Assembly: GCA_963777315.1 (NCBI GenBank)
Contig: CAVZQC010000002.1
Location: 864,704 to 928,703, forward strand
Direction: 5' to 3'
DNA length: 64,000 nt
From: Vulcanimicrobiota bacterium
GTDB taxonomy: Bacteria; Vulcanimicrobiota; Vulcanimicrobiia; Vulcanimicrobiales; Vulcanimicrobiaceae
The position numbers were made by a program, and so were the translations under genes. Shown in pieces: positions 49,198-58,948 of this stretch. The notes under the pieces were generated by a model. The model did no database searches and was not told where the DNA came from. It was given only the letters and a program-made list of their open reading frames with translations. Position 1 is the stretch's first letter. Every line of letters starts with the position of its first letter.

Positions 49198-49791
49198 ATG
49201 TCTAACGATTCGGGCGATTTTGTCGGCGTAATCGCGATTCTGTGCATCTTCGGTTTGCCGCTGGCCTACGCGATCATGAGCCGCTTTTACGCGCATCAGG
49301 AACGCATGGAGATGCTGCGGCGGGGCATGACGCCGCCGCCCGATCCCCGCTGGGCAAAACGCGCCGGCGCCAGAGGGTGGTGCGACAGCAACGCGCCCAG
49401 CATGGGGCCGCCCGGATCCGCGCAAGGATACGGCGCATACGGCTACAGCGAGTACCAAGCCGGACGCTCGCTGCACAAAGGCATCAGGCTGGCTTGCATC
49501 GGTTTGGCTCTGCTGGTCGGCCTGTCGATCGGTTTGGGACCGAACGGACCGTGGCTGCTCGGTGGGCTCATTCCGCTGTTCGTGGGCATCGCGCAGATCA
49601 TCATCGCACTGCTGTCGGGCGCGCGCTTTGGCTGCTTCGGCATCGCGCCGCCGCTCGGCATGACGCCGCCTCCGGGACAACAGCCCCCGCCGTTCGGCGG
49701 TACGCGCGAACCGATGTCGGGACCATACGCGTGGCGCCCAGGTCCCACCACCGAACTCGACAAACCGCCTTCGCCGCCGGAAACCCGCTAG
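49198..49791 (+). CDS. Membrane protein (DUF6249-like)
   Basis: HQERMEMLRRGMTP; LHKGIRLACIGLAL; GLIPLFVGIA. Confidence 0.65.
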   Translation: MSNDSGDFVGVIAILCIFGLPLAYAIMSRFYAHQERMEMLRRGMTPPPDPRWAKRAGARGWCDSNAPSMGPPGSAQGYGAYGYSEYQAGRSLHKGIRLACIGLALLVGLSIGLGPNGPWLLGGLIPLFVGIAQIIIALLSGARFGCFGIAPPLGMTPPPGQQPPPFGGTREPMSGPYAWRPGPTTELDKPPSPPETR

Positions 49792-49806
49792 CGTTGCCTG
49801 GCGAAC

Positions 49807-49838
49807 AAAAAAACCGCCGGTCGGAACCGGCGGTTTTT
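49807..49838. terminator. Bidirectional intrinsic terminator
   Basis: A7-CCGCCGG-tcggaa-CCGGCGG-T5 between convergent genes. Confidence 0.88.
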
Positions 49839-49861
49839 CATTGCACTTTCCCTGTGGAGGG

Positions 49862-50002
49862 TCACTTGCAACTGACCAGGGCTATTGCCCATCCAGCCGC
49901 AGTTCGTGTGCGGACGAGATAACCGTCCGAGGTACGGTCGTATACTTGATAGCCCGCTCTTAGCGCGTCGGCTAGCGATTTGAAGACCATGAGACCTGCC
50001 AT
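49862..50002 (-). CDS. 46-aa small protein (not in ORF track)
   Basis: MAGLMVFKSLADALRAGYQVYDRTSDGYLVRTRTAAGWAIALVSCK; AAGGAGG SD upstream; terminator downstream. Confidence 0.75.
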   Translation of the reverse strand: MAGLMVFKSLADALRAGYQVYDRTSDGYLVRTRTAAGWAIALVSCK

Positions 50003-50149
50003 TTTTCGTGGACCCTCCTTTCCTATTTCTTATCTTTGTATACCCTATAACGGTCGCTGTCGAGAAGAAGTTCAGTCAAAGGTCGCACATTTGATTAAAA
50101 ATTCCGTTACGGAAGTGTGTCCGCTCGGTAGCGAGAATGCCGATTTTCG

Positions 50150-50968
50150 ATGTCGCAACCCAGTCCGTCGGTGCACGAAGCGCGCGTTCTCGACCGATGC
50201 GAACCCGCGCCCGGCGTGGTCATCCTTGGTTTTTACGCACCAAAGCTGGTTTCCGTGACGCGTCCCGGGCAGTTCGTTATGGTGGTACCGCCTGGCGGAG
50301 AACGAGCCGCGACCGCCCTGGGCATCTACGAAGCGCATGGCGAACGCGCGAGCATTCTGTTTTTCGTGTGCGGTCCGCGCACGCGCGAGCTTTCCGAATT
50401 GAACGAAGGCGATCATATTGCTCTTACAGGCCCCCTCGGTAATGGTTTCACATTCGGCGATGAAAAGGACGTGGCGATTGTGGCAGGCGGCGTAGGCATT
50501 GCGTCCGTGCTGCTTGCGGCCCAATCGTTGGTGCGAACGGGCAAGCGCGTGCGTCTTTATTACGGCGCGCGGCATGCCGATCTGCTCGTTGAACGCGATC
50601 GCTTTGCCGGCGACGGATGCCTGGTTCACTGCGCGACCGACGACGGTTCGTTCGGACATCACGGGTTCGTGACCGAGGCGCTGGCGCAATCGCAGCAACG
50701 GCCCGATTTGATTTTGGCTTGCGGTCCTTCGCCGATGCTGCGCGCCACCGCCGCGGTTGCGCGGCAGTTCGGAGTGCCCGCGCAGCTCTCGCTGGAAGAA
50801 GTTTTTGCCTGCGGTGTGGGCGGATGCTGGGGATGCGTCGTGCCGCTGGATCGCCAAAGCGCTCAAGCTCCGGCCTTTCCGGATGCGCGCGCGGGCGGAA
50901 GCGACGTCGTATACGCGCGCATTTGTAAAGAAGGCCCGGTCTTTTGGGCACACGAGCTGCGTTGGTGA
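50150..50968 (+). CDS. pyrK: Dihydroorotate dehydrogenase electron transfer subunit
   Basis: PGQF, GPLGNGF, AGGVG, ACGP, CGVGGCWGC, CKEGPVF. Confidence 0.92.
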   Translation: MSQPSPSVHEARVLDRCEPAPGVVILGFYAPKLVSVTRPGQFVMVVPPGGERAATALGIYEAHGERASILFFVCGPRTRELSELNEGDHIALTGPLGNGFTFGDEKDVAIVAGGVGIASVLLAAQSLVRTGKRVRLYYGARHADLLVERDRFAGDGCLVHCATDDGSFGHHGFVTEALAQSQQRPDLILACGPSPMLRATAAVARQFGVPAQLSLEEVFACGVGGCWGCVVPLDRQSAQAPAFPDARAGGSDVVYARICKEGPVFWAHELRW

Positions 50969-51942
50969 ACCTCGAGCGCGCTCGAGCGGATGACGTCGAC
51001 TTGAGCGTGCGCATCGGCTCGCTGAAGTTGGCGTATCCCACCTTGATGGGCAGCGGGTGTTACGGCTCGGGCGAAGAGTTCGAGGATCTGATCGACCTTA
51101 GCGCCATCGGCGCGGTCGTACTCAAAAGCGTCACGCGCAACCCGCGATTGGGAAATCCGACCCCGCGCCTGGTGCAGATGCCTGCGGGCATGCTCAACGC
51201 CATCGGGCTGCAGAATCCGGGAATCGACTGGTATCTCGAGCACGATGTTGCCAAATTGGCCAAGCGTCCGTGCAAAATCGTCGGCAGCGTGGCGGGCTTT
51301 TCGGTCGACGACTATGCGTACGTTGCGCGACGGCTGGCCGCGCGAGCCGAAATCCACGCGCTGGAAGTCAACATTTCATGCCCGAACGTGGCATCCGAGG
51401 GTGAAACGTTCGCGTGCGATCCGTCGCTCACGGCGCGCGTGGTAGCGGCCGTACGCGCAACCACGGACAAGACGCTGATCGTCAAACTCTCGCCCAACGT
51501 CACGGACATCGCCGCCGTCGCGCGTGAAGCGCAAGCGGCGGGGGCAGACGCACTTGCCGTCATCAACACCGTGCGCGCAATGGCCATCGACGTGAACGCC
51601 TGGAAACCGCGTTTGGGCAACGTCACCGGAGGATTGTCGGGACCGGCGATCCGGCCCATTGCGGTGCTTGCGGTTTACGAGGTCGCGCGCGCGGTGACGA
51701 TCCCGATCGTCGGCCAGGGCGGCATAGAAACCACCGCCGACGCGCTGGAATTTTTCCTGGCGGGCGCGAGCGCCGTTGCAATCGGGACGGCGAATTTCAC
51801 CGATCCGCGCACACCGGTACGCATCGTAAGCGAGTTGCGCGAGTACTTGACGGCGCGTGGAATGGCATCGGTCGGCGAGCTGGTGGGCAAAGCCAACGTC
51901 GGTCTGACCACGCCGTTTCAGTACGAAGGCGACGAAGGCTGA
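50965..51942 (+). CDS. pyrD: Dihydroorotate dehydrogenase 1B catalytic subunit
   Basis: NAIGLQNPG, NISCPN, KLSPN, GGLSGPAI. Confidence 0.95.
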   Translation: MNLERARADDVDLSVRIGSLKLAYPTLMGSGCYGSGEEFEDLIDLSAIGAVVLKSVTRNPRLGNPTPRLVQMPAGMLNAIGLQNPGIDWYLEHDVAKLAKRPCKIVGSVAGFSVDDYAYVARRLAARAEIHALEVNISCPNVASEGETFACDPSLTARVVAAVRATTDKTLIVKLSPNVTDIAAVAREAQAAGADALAVINTVRAMAIDVNAWKPRLGNVTGGLSGPAIRPIAVLAVYEVARAVTIPIVGQGGIETTADALEFFLAGASAVAIGTANFTDPRTPVRIVSELREYLTARGMASVGELVGKANVGLTTPFQYEGDEG

Positions 51943-51945
51943 CGC

Positions 51946-52657
51946 GTGGCCGCGCGACTCGTCGTTGCATTGGACGTTGCGCAGGCCGAGCAAGCCGAGC
52001 GGATCGTCGACGATCTCTATGAATTGGATCTCATCTACAAGGTCGGCATGGAGCCGCTCTACGGATACGGCGAGCGCATTTTTTCCCACATGCAGGCGCG
52101 TGACGTCCGGCATTTCATCGACGCCAAACTGCACGACATCCCGCGCACGGTTGCGGCCGGCATCAAGCAGCTCGTGCGTCACGGCACGCACATCGTCAAC
52201 GTGCACGCGCTGGGCGGGACGGAAATGATGCGCGCCGCGGTGGAAGCGACGCGTGCGCGCGCCGGCGAACTGGATTGTTCGCCCCCGCACGTGTTTGCGG
52301 TGACGATCCTCACCAGCATGGGCGAACGCGATCTTTCCGCGGTCGGTTTGAGCGGAACGCCGGAGCAAGCCGCTATCCGGCTGGCGGCGCTTGCGCGCGA
52401 TGCGGGATGTTCGGGCGTGGTCTGCAGCGCGCACGAAGTTGCCGGCATCAAGCGCGCGCTGGGATCCCAGTTCCTCACGCTGACCCCTGGCATCCGCCCC
52501 GCGCACGCCGATCGCGGCGATCAAAAGCGCGTCACGACCGCGGCGCAGGCCGTTGCGGCAGGGTCGGATTACGTGGTGGTCGGGCGACCTATTACGCAGG
52601 CGCCGGATCCGTTGGCGGCGGCACGGCAGACTGCTCGACGAAATGGCGGTGCAATGA
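51946..52657 (+). CDS. pyrF: OMP decarboxylase (as written, fused in frame to pyrE)
   Basis: VALD, DAKLHDIPRT, TPGIR, DQKR, VVGRPI. Confidence 0.9.
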
Positions 52658-53223
52658 CCGGTATCGATCTCGAACGCGAGTTAAAGGAACGCGGCGCGCT
52701 GCTGGACGGCCACTTCCGGCTCAGCTCCGGACGCCACAGCGATCGCTTCATCCAAAAATTTCGCATCCTCGAAGATCCGGAGATCCTCGAACCGACGGCG
52801 CGCGAAATTGCCGCTGCGTTTGCCGGCGCGCATCCGACGGTCGTCGTCAGCGCCGCCGTCGGAGGAATTCTCTTGGGGTACGAAGTCGCGCGCGCGCTCG
52901 GCACGAAAGCGATCTTCGTCGAGAAAGAGAACGGCATCCCCGTGCTGCGCCGCAATTTTTCCTTGACGTCGCACGACCGAGCTCTGGTTGTCGAAGACGT
53001 GATCACCACGGGCGGCTCGGTCAAAGAAGTGCTGCGCATCGTGCACGCGCACGGTGCGCGCGTGCTGGGCGTGGGCGCGATCGTCTCGCGCTCGCAGGTT
53101 GACTTCGGCGTGCCCACGCACGCGCTGCTCGCCATGCCGATCGCTTCGTACGAACAGGGCAGCTGTCCGCAATGCGCGCGCGGCGAAGCCTTGTCGGAGC
53201 CCGGTTCCCGGCGTACCGCATAA
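52654..53223 (+). CDS. pyrE: Orotate phosphoribosyltransferase
   Basis: GHFRLSSGRHS, VVEDVITTGGS. Confidence 0.92.
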   Translation: MTGIDLERELKERGALLDGHFRLSSGRHSDRFIQKFRILEDPEILEPTAREIAAAFAGAHPTVVVSAAVGGILLGYEVARALGTKAIFVEKENGIPVLRRNFSLTSHDRALVVEDVITTGGSVKEVLRIVHAHGARVLGVGAIVSRSQVDFGVPTHALLAMPIASYEQGSCPQCARGEALSEPGSRRTA

Positions 53224-53226
53224 GCC

Positions 53227-53706
53227 GTGGAAAAACGCGCGGCCGGCCAAGTGATCATCCGCAAAGGCGCCGCCGCGGATCGCGCCTTCGTAGCCGATTT
53301 GGGGCGGCGCACCATGGGCGACAGTGTGGCGCGATTTCGCTATTACAACGAATCGATGCTGACGGCCAGCTACGAGGGCCTGCTGGATTTCGTCTTCAGC
53401 CAACCGCACGTGCTGTACGTGGCCGAGCGCAGCGGGCGCGCTGCGGGGTTCGTTCTGATGCTCGACACGATGCCGGACGAAGTCACGCGCATGCCGCAGG
53501 GGTTCATTGCCTACATGGCGGTGGAACCGCGGTTTCGCCGATACGGTATAGGAAGTCGATTGCTGGAGGCTGCCGAAGATGAAGCACGCCGGCGAGGATT
53601 GCCGTATATGGGATTGATGGTCACCGAGGACAACGCCGCGGCCCGCGCGATGTACGAGCGCGCAGGCTATTTGACCGAGCGCAGGCTGCTGTGCAAGCCG
53701 CTCTAG
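53227..53706 (+). CDS. GNAT acetyltransferase
   Basis: AVEPRFRRYGIGSRLL, NAAARAMYERAGY. Confidence 0.85.
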   Translation: MEKRAAGQVIIRKGAAADRAFVADLGRRTMGDSVARFRYYNESMLTASYEGLLDFVFSQPHVLYVAERSGRAAGFVLMLDTMPDEVTRMPQGFIAYMAVEPRFRRYGIGSRLLEAAEDEARRRGLPYMGLMVTEDNAAARAMYERAGYLTERRLLCKPL

Positions 53707-54839
53707 ATCCGTCCGGCCGCCGGCGCGTCTGGATGACCGTAGCGGTCGTCGTGCTGCTGGCGCTCGCGCTGTGGTTTGCCACGCGCATCCCCAAGACGAT
53801 TGCGGTGTTCCTCATCGCGGCGTTCGTTGCGTCCGCGGTGCATCCGCTGGTTCGCTGGCTCGAGCAGCGCAGGGTCGGGCGGCTGTGGGCTATTGCGGCG
53901 GTGTACGCAGCGCTCATCGTTGCGACGATCGTGCTGCTGCTGGTCATCGTTCCGATGGCCGTGGTGCAAGTGCAGGCATTGGCGCAAAACGTTCCGTCGT
54001 ACTTGCAGGCCGTGCAAGGCTGGCTGCTGCGCTCGCAAGCCGAGCTGCGCGCACATTTTCCGCGAGCGAACATTCCGCCCGAGCTGTTCAACGTGCAGCA
54101 GATCGGCGCGGCGCGCCTGACCGAGCTGCTCACGTTCACGGTCGCGTCGGTGGGCGCGTTCGCGTTGAATTTGGCGACGGCGTTTTTCATCGGCTTCTCC
54201 GCGCTGATTCTTTCGTTTTTCTTTCTGCTCAATCACCAGCAGCTCGCCGAAGGCTTTGCCGGGTTCTTCCCGCCCAGCAAACGCGCGACGGCGCGCAAGC
54301 TGTCCACCGAAGCCGTCGGCGTATTCGGCGGCTACATCGGAGGGCAGATCATCGTCAGCTGCATCACCGGTGCGGTGATCGCCGGGCTCACCGCCATCGT
54401 GGGCTTCAAATTCGCGCTGCTGCTGGGCATCATCAGCGCGATCGGCTACGCGATACCGATCATCGGCATGCTGATAGCGCAGCTGTTTGCCCTGGCGCTG
54501 TCGGGGCCGCAGGGCGCGTTCATGCTGATCTACGTGCAGATCGTCATGTTCGTCGTCGCACGAATCAGCGACAACGTGCTGGTTCCCAAGATCATGGGCG
54601 GCACGGTGGGCGTTTCACCGATCGCGGTCATGTTCGCGGTCTTTGCCGGCGGGGAGCTGTTCGGGCTGCCGGGATTGATTTTGGGCATTCCGGCGGCCGC
54701 GATCGCAAAGCTCGTTTGGCGGTATTTCTTGAGTCCGTGGCTGCACGGCCAGATCGACGCCGTCGACCAAACGCAGCCTGTGCCCGCGTTGCCGGTCGAC
54801 GATCGCATCGTCGAACCGGTGGTAGCCGTCAAGCTGTAG
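53691..54839 (+). CDS. AI-2E family transporter
   Basis: YIGGQ, DNVLVPKIMG, GGELFGLPGLILGIP. Confidence 0.88.
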   Translation: MQAALDPSGRRRVWMTVAVVVLLALALWFATRIPKTIAVFLIAAFVASAVHPLVRWLEQRRVGRLWAIAAVYAALIVATIVLLLVIVPMAVVQVQALAQNVPSYLQAVQGWLLRSQAELRAHFPRANIPPELFNVQQIGAARLTELLTFTVASVGAFALNLATAFFIGFSALILSFFFLLNHQQLAEGFAGFFPPSKRATARKLSTEAVGVFGGYIGGQIIVSCITGAVIAGLTAIVGFKFALLLGIISAIGYAIPIIGMLIAQLFALALSGPQGAFMLIYVQIVMFVVARISDNVLVPKIMGGTVGVSPIAVMFAVFAGGELFGLPGLILGIPAAAIAKLVWRYFLSPWLHGQIDAVDQTQPVPALPVDDRIVEPVVAVKL

Positions 54840-54856
54840 CCGCCGGCGACCCTGCG

Positions 54857-56590
54857 CTACATCGACGAGGGCGCGCTCACTCCAATGATCCCCAGCACGC
54901 GCGCGAGCACCGTTTGCGTGGCGATGCACAGCCCCAGCCGCGCGAGGCGCTCGTTGCGGTCGTCGGTGAGAATGCGGCACTCGTGATAAAACTGGTGAAA
55001 ATCCGACGCGATGTCGCGCGCGTAGCGCGTGAGCCGATGCGGCGCGAGCTGGTCGACGACGTTGCGCACGATGCGCGGCATCTCGCAAAGGCGCCGGGCC
55101 AGCGCGATTTCCTGCGGGCGTCTCAAGGCGAAGAGCGTTTCACCCCGGTGCGCCTGCTCGACGTCCTGCGCGTCGGCGTTTTTGAAAACCGAAGCGATGC
55201 GCGCGTGGCCGTACTGCACGTAGTACACCGGGTTCTCGTTGCTTTGCTCCTTGGCCAGATCCAGATCGAACGTCAGCGGAGATTCGGGCGCCAGCATCAC
55301 GAAGAAGAAGCGGGCGGCGTCGACGCCGACTTCGTCGATGATGTCGTCGAGCGTGACGATGTGTCCCGCGCGTTTGCTCATGCTCAGCTGCTCGCCGCCG
55401 CGCATGAGCGTGATCTGCTGGGCGATCAGCACTTGCAGCCGGTCGCGCGCATACCCCAGCGCTTCGGCCAGGCCCTTGAGCCGCTCGATGTAGCCGTGAT
55501 GGTCGGGGCCTAGGATGTCGATCACCGTGTCGGCGCGCTGCAGTTTTTCGTAATGATACGCGACGTCGGCGCTCAAATACGTCGGGCGGCCGTCACTGCG
55601 CACCAAAACCCGGTCCTTGTCGTCGCCGTATTGCGTTGCGCGAAAATACAACGCGCCGTCGAGCTCGTACGTGGCGCCCTCTTCCAATAGTCGCGCGATG
55701 CCGGCTTGCACCTTCCCTTTTTTGTGCAGCTCCGCTTCGCTCTGCCACAGATCGTACTGCAGTCCGAAGCGCTGCACGGTTCGCATCTGCGCTTCCAGCA
55801 GCGCATCGCGCCCGGTTAGCGAAAAATACGGCAGCCAGGCGGATTCGGGCGCATCGATCCATTTGCGCCCGTCGCGTTCGTAAATCGTCTGCGCTATCGG
55901 CTCGAGGTACGTCCCGGGGTATCCGTCCACCGGGAAGGGGTACTCCGGTTCGAAGATTTGGCGGTAACGCGCGTACAGCGAATGTCCCAGCGTGTGCATC
56001 TGGCCGCCGGCATCGTTGACGATCCATTCGACGAACACATCGTAGCCGCAATACCGCAGCGCGCTCGCGAGCGTGGCCCCGATGCTGCACGTGCGGCCCT
56101 GCACCACGACCAGCGGGCCGGTAGGATTCGCGCTGCCGAATTCCAGCGAAATCCGTTTGTGCTCGCTGGGCGCCTGCCCGAAGGCGCTGCCCTCGCGCAA
56201 GATCGCCGCGACGGCATCTTGCCAGATGTGCGGCGAGAGACGCAGGTTGATGAACCCGGCACTGGCCGTGATCTCGCTGAACAGATCGCGCAGCGCCGGC
56301 TCCCGCCCTGCCGCAGCCTGAGCGAGCGCGGCGGCGATATCATTGGGGGCGCGTTTCGCAGCACGCGCCAGCGAGAAGGCCGCATTGGAGGCAAAGTCGC
56401 CGAACTCGGGCCGGCGCGGCGCTTCGAATTCGATGCGAACGTCGCCGGTCTGGGGAAAGAGCTCGGCAATGGCGCGCGCCAGCGCATCTGAAAATGCCGC
56501 CAGCGCGGCATCCGGCGGCAGCGGAACGTTTTGCGTTGCGGCGGGCAAGGCCATTTTGCGCGTCTTCGCCGCCGCGCCGTCACGTTCCAT
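54857..56590 (-). CDS. argS: Arginine--tRNA ligase
   Basis: FGDFASN, EFGSANPTGPL, MSKRAG, YVQYGHARI. Confidence 0.95.
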   Translation of the reverse strand: MERDGAAAKTRKMALPAATQNVPLPPDAALAAFSDALARAIAELFPQTGDVRIEFEAPRRPEFGDFASNAAFSLARAAKRAPNDIAAALAQAAAGREPALRDLFSEITASAGFINLRLSPHIWQDAVAAILREGSAFGQAPSEHKRISLEFGSANPTGPLVVVQGRTCSIGATLASALRYCGYDVFVEWIVNDAGGQMHTLGHSLYARYRQIFEPEYPFPVDGYPGTYLEPIAQTIYERDGRKWIDAPESAWLPYFSLTGRDALLEAQMRTVQRFGLQYDLWQSEAELHKKGKVQAGIARLLEEGATYELDGALYFRATQYGDDKDRVLVRSDGRPTYLSADVAYHYEKLQRADTVIDILGPDHHGYIERLKGLAEALGYARDRLQVLIAQQITLMRGGEQLSMSKRAGHIVTLDDIIDEVGVDAARFFFVMLAPESPLTFDLDLAKEQSNENPVYYVQYGHARIASVFKNADAQDVEQAHRGETLFALRRPQEIALARRLCEMPRIVRNVVDQLAPHRLTRYARDIASDFHQFYHECRILTDDRNERLARLGLCIATQTVLARVLGIIGVSAPSSM

Positions 56591-56595
56591 CGTCT

Positions 56596-57057
56596 TTAGT
56601 GATGATACGGTTCGTTGCGTGCAATTTTTGCGGCGCGATAGATCTGCTCGAGCGCGATCGCGCGCGCCCATTCGTGCAGAAAGGTCAGGTGTGAGAGCGA
56701 CCACACAAAGCCCGCGCGAGTGCGCAGCGCGTCGCCTGCTCCGTACGTCCCCGCGACGATCAGAGCCAAACGCCGCACCCCGGCCTCGGCGACGCTGGTC
56801 AGCCGGCGGCTGAGGTCTTCGCTGGAAACCTGCTCGCCGGCGCGATCGAGCAGCCAGACCCGGTCTTCCGCCTGCACGCAACGCAAAATGCGGGCGGCCT
56901 CGTCGTGGAGTGCGGCAGCGCGATTGGAATCGGTCGATGCCTTGACTTCGACGACCTCAACGGCATAGTACGGCCGCAGACGCGTGAGAAAATCGTCGCA
57001 GGCGGCCGCGATGTAGCGCTCGCGCACCCGGCCGACCGCGATGACCCGCAAATGCAT
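56596..57057 (-). CDS. rlmH: 23S rRNA pseudouridine-1915 N3-methyltransferase
   Basis: WSLSHLTFLH, EQIYRA, PYHH. Confidence 0.92.
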   Translation of the reverse strand: MHLRVIAVGRVRERYIAAACDDFLTRLRPYYAVEVVEVKASTDSNRAAALHDEAARILRCVQAEDRVWLLDRAGEQVSSEDLSRRLTSVAEAGVRRLALIVAGTYGAGDALRTRAGFVWSLSHLTFLHEWARAIALEQIYRAAKIARNEPYHH

Positions 57058-57105
57058 GCCGCCCTTTTCGCAAACCGGCCTACGGCATCCGTGTTCTACG
57101 AAAGT

Positions 57106-57691
57106 ATGGCGCAGCAGATTGCGTTGTTCGGAGCCGGGCCCCGCGTGTTCACCGACGACGCAAGCGGCGCTATCGTGTATTATCCGGGCGTTTTTTCACC
57201 GGCGGAGAGCGACGCTCTTTTCACGTTCCTGGAGCGTTCGCTGACGTGGTCGAGTGAGACGATGTGGATGTACGATCGCACCGTCGCCGTGCCGCGCCTG
57301 ATCGCCCGCTTTGCGCCGGGTGAGCCGATGCCCGGAGCGGCTGACGGCAGTCAAAGAGCGCATCGAAGCGTTTTTACACGAGCGCTTTACGTCGCTTTCG
57401 GTGCAATGCTATCGTGACGGAAGCGACAGCGTCGCATGGCATAACGATCATCGCGAGGAGCTGATCGAGCGTCCGACGATAGCGGTCTTGAGCCTGGGCG
57501 CGACGCGCGAGATGCTCGTTCGCAGCAAGGCCAAGCCGCGGCGCACTTTTTCGTGCGATCTGGAACCGGGCAGCATTTTCGTCATGGCGGGCCGCGCGCA
57601 GGAATTTTGGGAGCATCACATTCCCAAAGTTCATCGACCGATTGCGCGCCGCATCAGCGTCGCTCTGCGGCAACGCAAAGCCGCTACGTAG
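57106..57691 (+). CDS. alkB: AlkB-family 2OG-Fe(II) dioxygenase (frameshift near 57335)
   Basis: VPRL in one frame; YRDGSDSVAWHND, SLGATR, HHIPK, RISVALR in the next. Confidence 0.8.
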
Positions 57692-58562
57692 CGCGCAGCG
57701 CATAGCGCTGCCCGGGGCGCACTTCCAGCCTGCCGGACAGCTCCAGCATCGAGAGCGCGGCCAGCATGCGCGACGGCGCGACGGCGCATTGCGACAACAG
57801 TTCGTCCAGGGTGCGTTCGCCCGCGATCAGGCACGCAACGATTTGCGTTTGCAGCGGATCGCCGATTTCGCGCCGCTCGGACCGCGGATCTTCGGGCGCC
57901 GTCTGTACCGCGTCCAGCCCTAAGTCGTCCAGCACGTCACGCACGCTGCGGGCCAGCGTCGCGCCGTCGCGGATGAGCGCGTGGCAACCCGCAACGTGCG
58001 CGCGATCCACGTCGCCGGGAACGGCGAAGACCGGTATGCGGCCTGCCGCCCATCCCGCCGTGTTCAGCGCACCGCTGCGCGCGGGCGCTTCAATGACGAC
58101 CACCGCGTCCGCCAGGGCCGCGACGATGCCGTTGCGTTCCAGAAACTGCCAGGGCCGAGCCGGCCGGTCGGGGGGATACGGGGACAGCACGGCGCCCCCG
58201 AGCTCGAGCATGCGCAGCGCCAGCCGCCGGTTGGCCGGCGGGAAGAAGCGCGCGTGGCCGCCGCCTAGGATACCCACGGTGGGCGCGCCTTGGTCGAGCG
58301 CGCCTTGGTGAGCGGCTGCGTCTATGCCCAGGGCTAGTCCCGAAACGATGCAGCAGCCCGCCGCCGCCAGCTCCTGGGCGAAGCGCCGGGCAACTGATTT
58401 GCCGTAGCCGCTGGGCGCCCGCGTGCCCACGATGGCGACCGTGGGCCGCTGCAGTGCCTGCAGCGAGCCGGTGGTCCAAAGCCGGGCGAACGCCTCGGGG
58501 ACCGGGCGCGGCGCCCGCACGGCCGCGAAGCTCGCGAAGGGCAGGCACGTTGGGGCATCCAC
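57684..58562 (-). CDS. dprA: DNA processing protein DprA
   Basis: AIVGTR, VSGLALGIDAAAH, FLERNGIVA, SGALNTA. Confidence 0.92.
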   Translation of the reverse strand: MDAPTCLPFASFAAVRAPRPVPEAFARLWTTGSLQALQRPTVAIVGTRAPSGYGKSVARRFAQELAAAGCCIVSGLALGIDAAAHQGALDQGAPTVGILGGGHARFFPPANRRLALRMLELGGAVLSPYPPDRPARPWQFLERNGIVAALADAVVVIEAPARSGALNTAGWAAGRIPVFAVPGDVDRAHVAGCHALIRDGATLARSVRDVLDDLGLDAVQTAPEDPRSERREIGDPLQTQIVACLIAGERTLDELLSQCAVAPSRMLAALSMLELSGRLEVRPGQRYALRAT

Positions 58563-58685
58563 GCCCCTGCCTTCACGCGGCTCGCGCGTAGCCGCAAGAA
58601 GCCCGTGCAGGGGGAAAGTGATGGGTGCCTGGGAATACAGCGCCGCATCCTACCCCTGGTGCCGGCAAATTTCGGAGGATCGAAC

Positions 58686-58835
58686 GTGGCAGCTGAAGCC
58701 TACTGTGTAAAGTGCAAGACCAAGCGTCAAATCAAAGACGCGGTCCAAATAACGATGAAGAACGGACGCCCGGCAACCGAGGGCAAATGCCCCGAATGCG
58801 GGACGAAGATGTTCAAGATTGGAGCGGCGAGCTAA
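58686..58835 (+). CDS. DUF5679 small zinc-ribbon protein
   Basis: AYCVKCK...MKNGRPA..GKCPECGTKMFKI; GGAGG SD. Confidence 0.85.
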   Translation: MAAEAYCVKCKTKRQIKDAVQITMKNGRPATEGKCPECGTKMFKIGAAS

Positions 58836-58857
58836 AGGCTCGCCGCCCTTGTTTTTT
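58822..58857 (+). terminator. Intrinsic terminator
   Basis: GCGGCGAGC-taaag-GCTCGCCGC followed by T-tract. Confidence 0.75.
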
Positions 58858-58923
58858 GCGTCCCTTACCGCAGAAGCCTATAATGTAGGGGCCCGGAACG
58901 GCAAAGACCCCAACATGTGGGGC
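58856..58923 (+). promoter_or_regulatory. nrdR promoter and putative NrdR box
   Basis: TTGCGT-N17-TATAAT (58856-58884); cccCAACATGTGGggc at 58908-58923 resembles acaCwAtATaTwGtgt. Confidence 0.6.
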
Positions 58924-58948
58924 CGCCGCGGGCGACGAGGAGACGCCG

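Noticed and set aside
49862..50002. Ribosomal protein assignment for the 46-aa ORF
   Set aside because: No match to motifs of small ribosomal proteins that I recognise, and not sufficiently basic
50003..50149. PyrR attenuator upstream of pyrK
   Set aside because: No PyrR binding-loop motif or terminator/antiterminator pair visible
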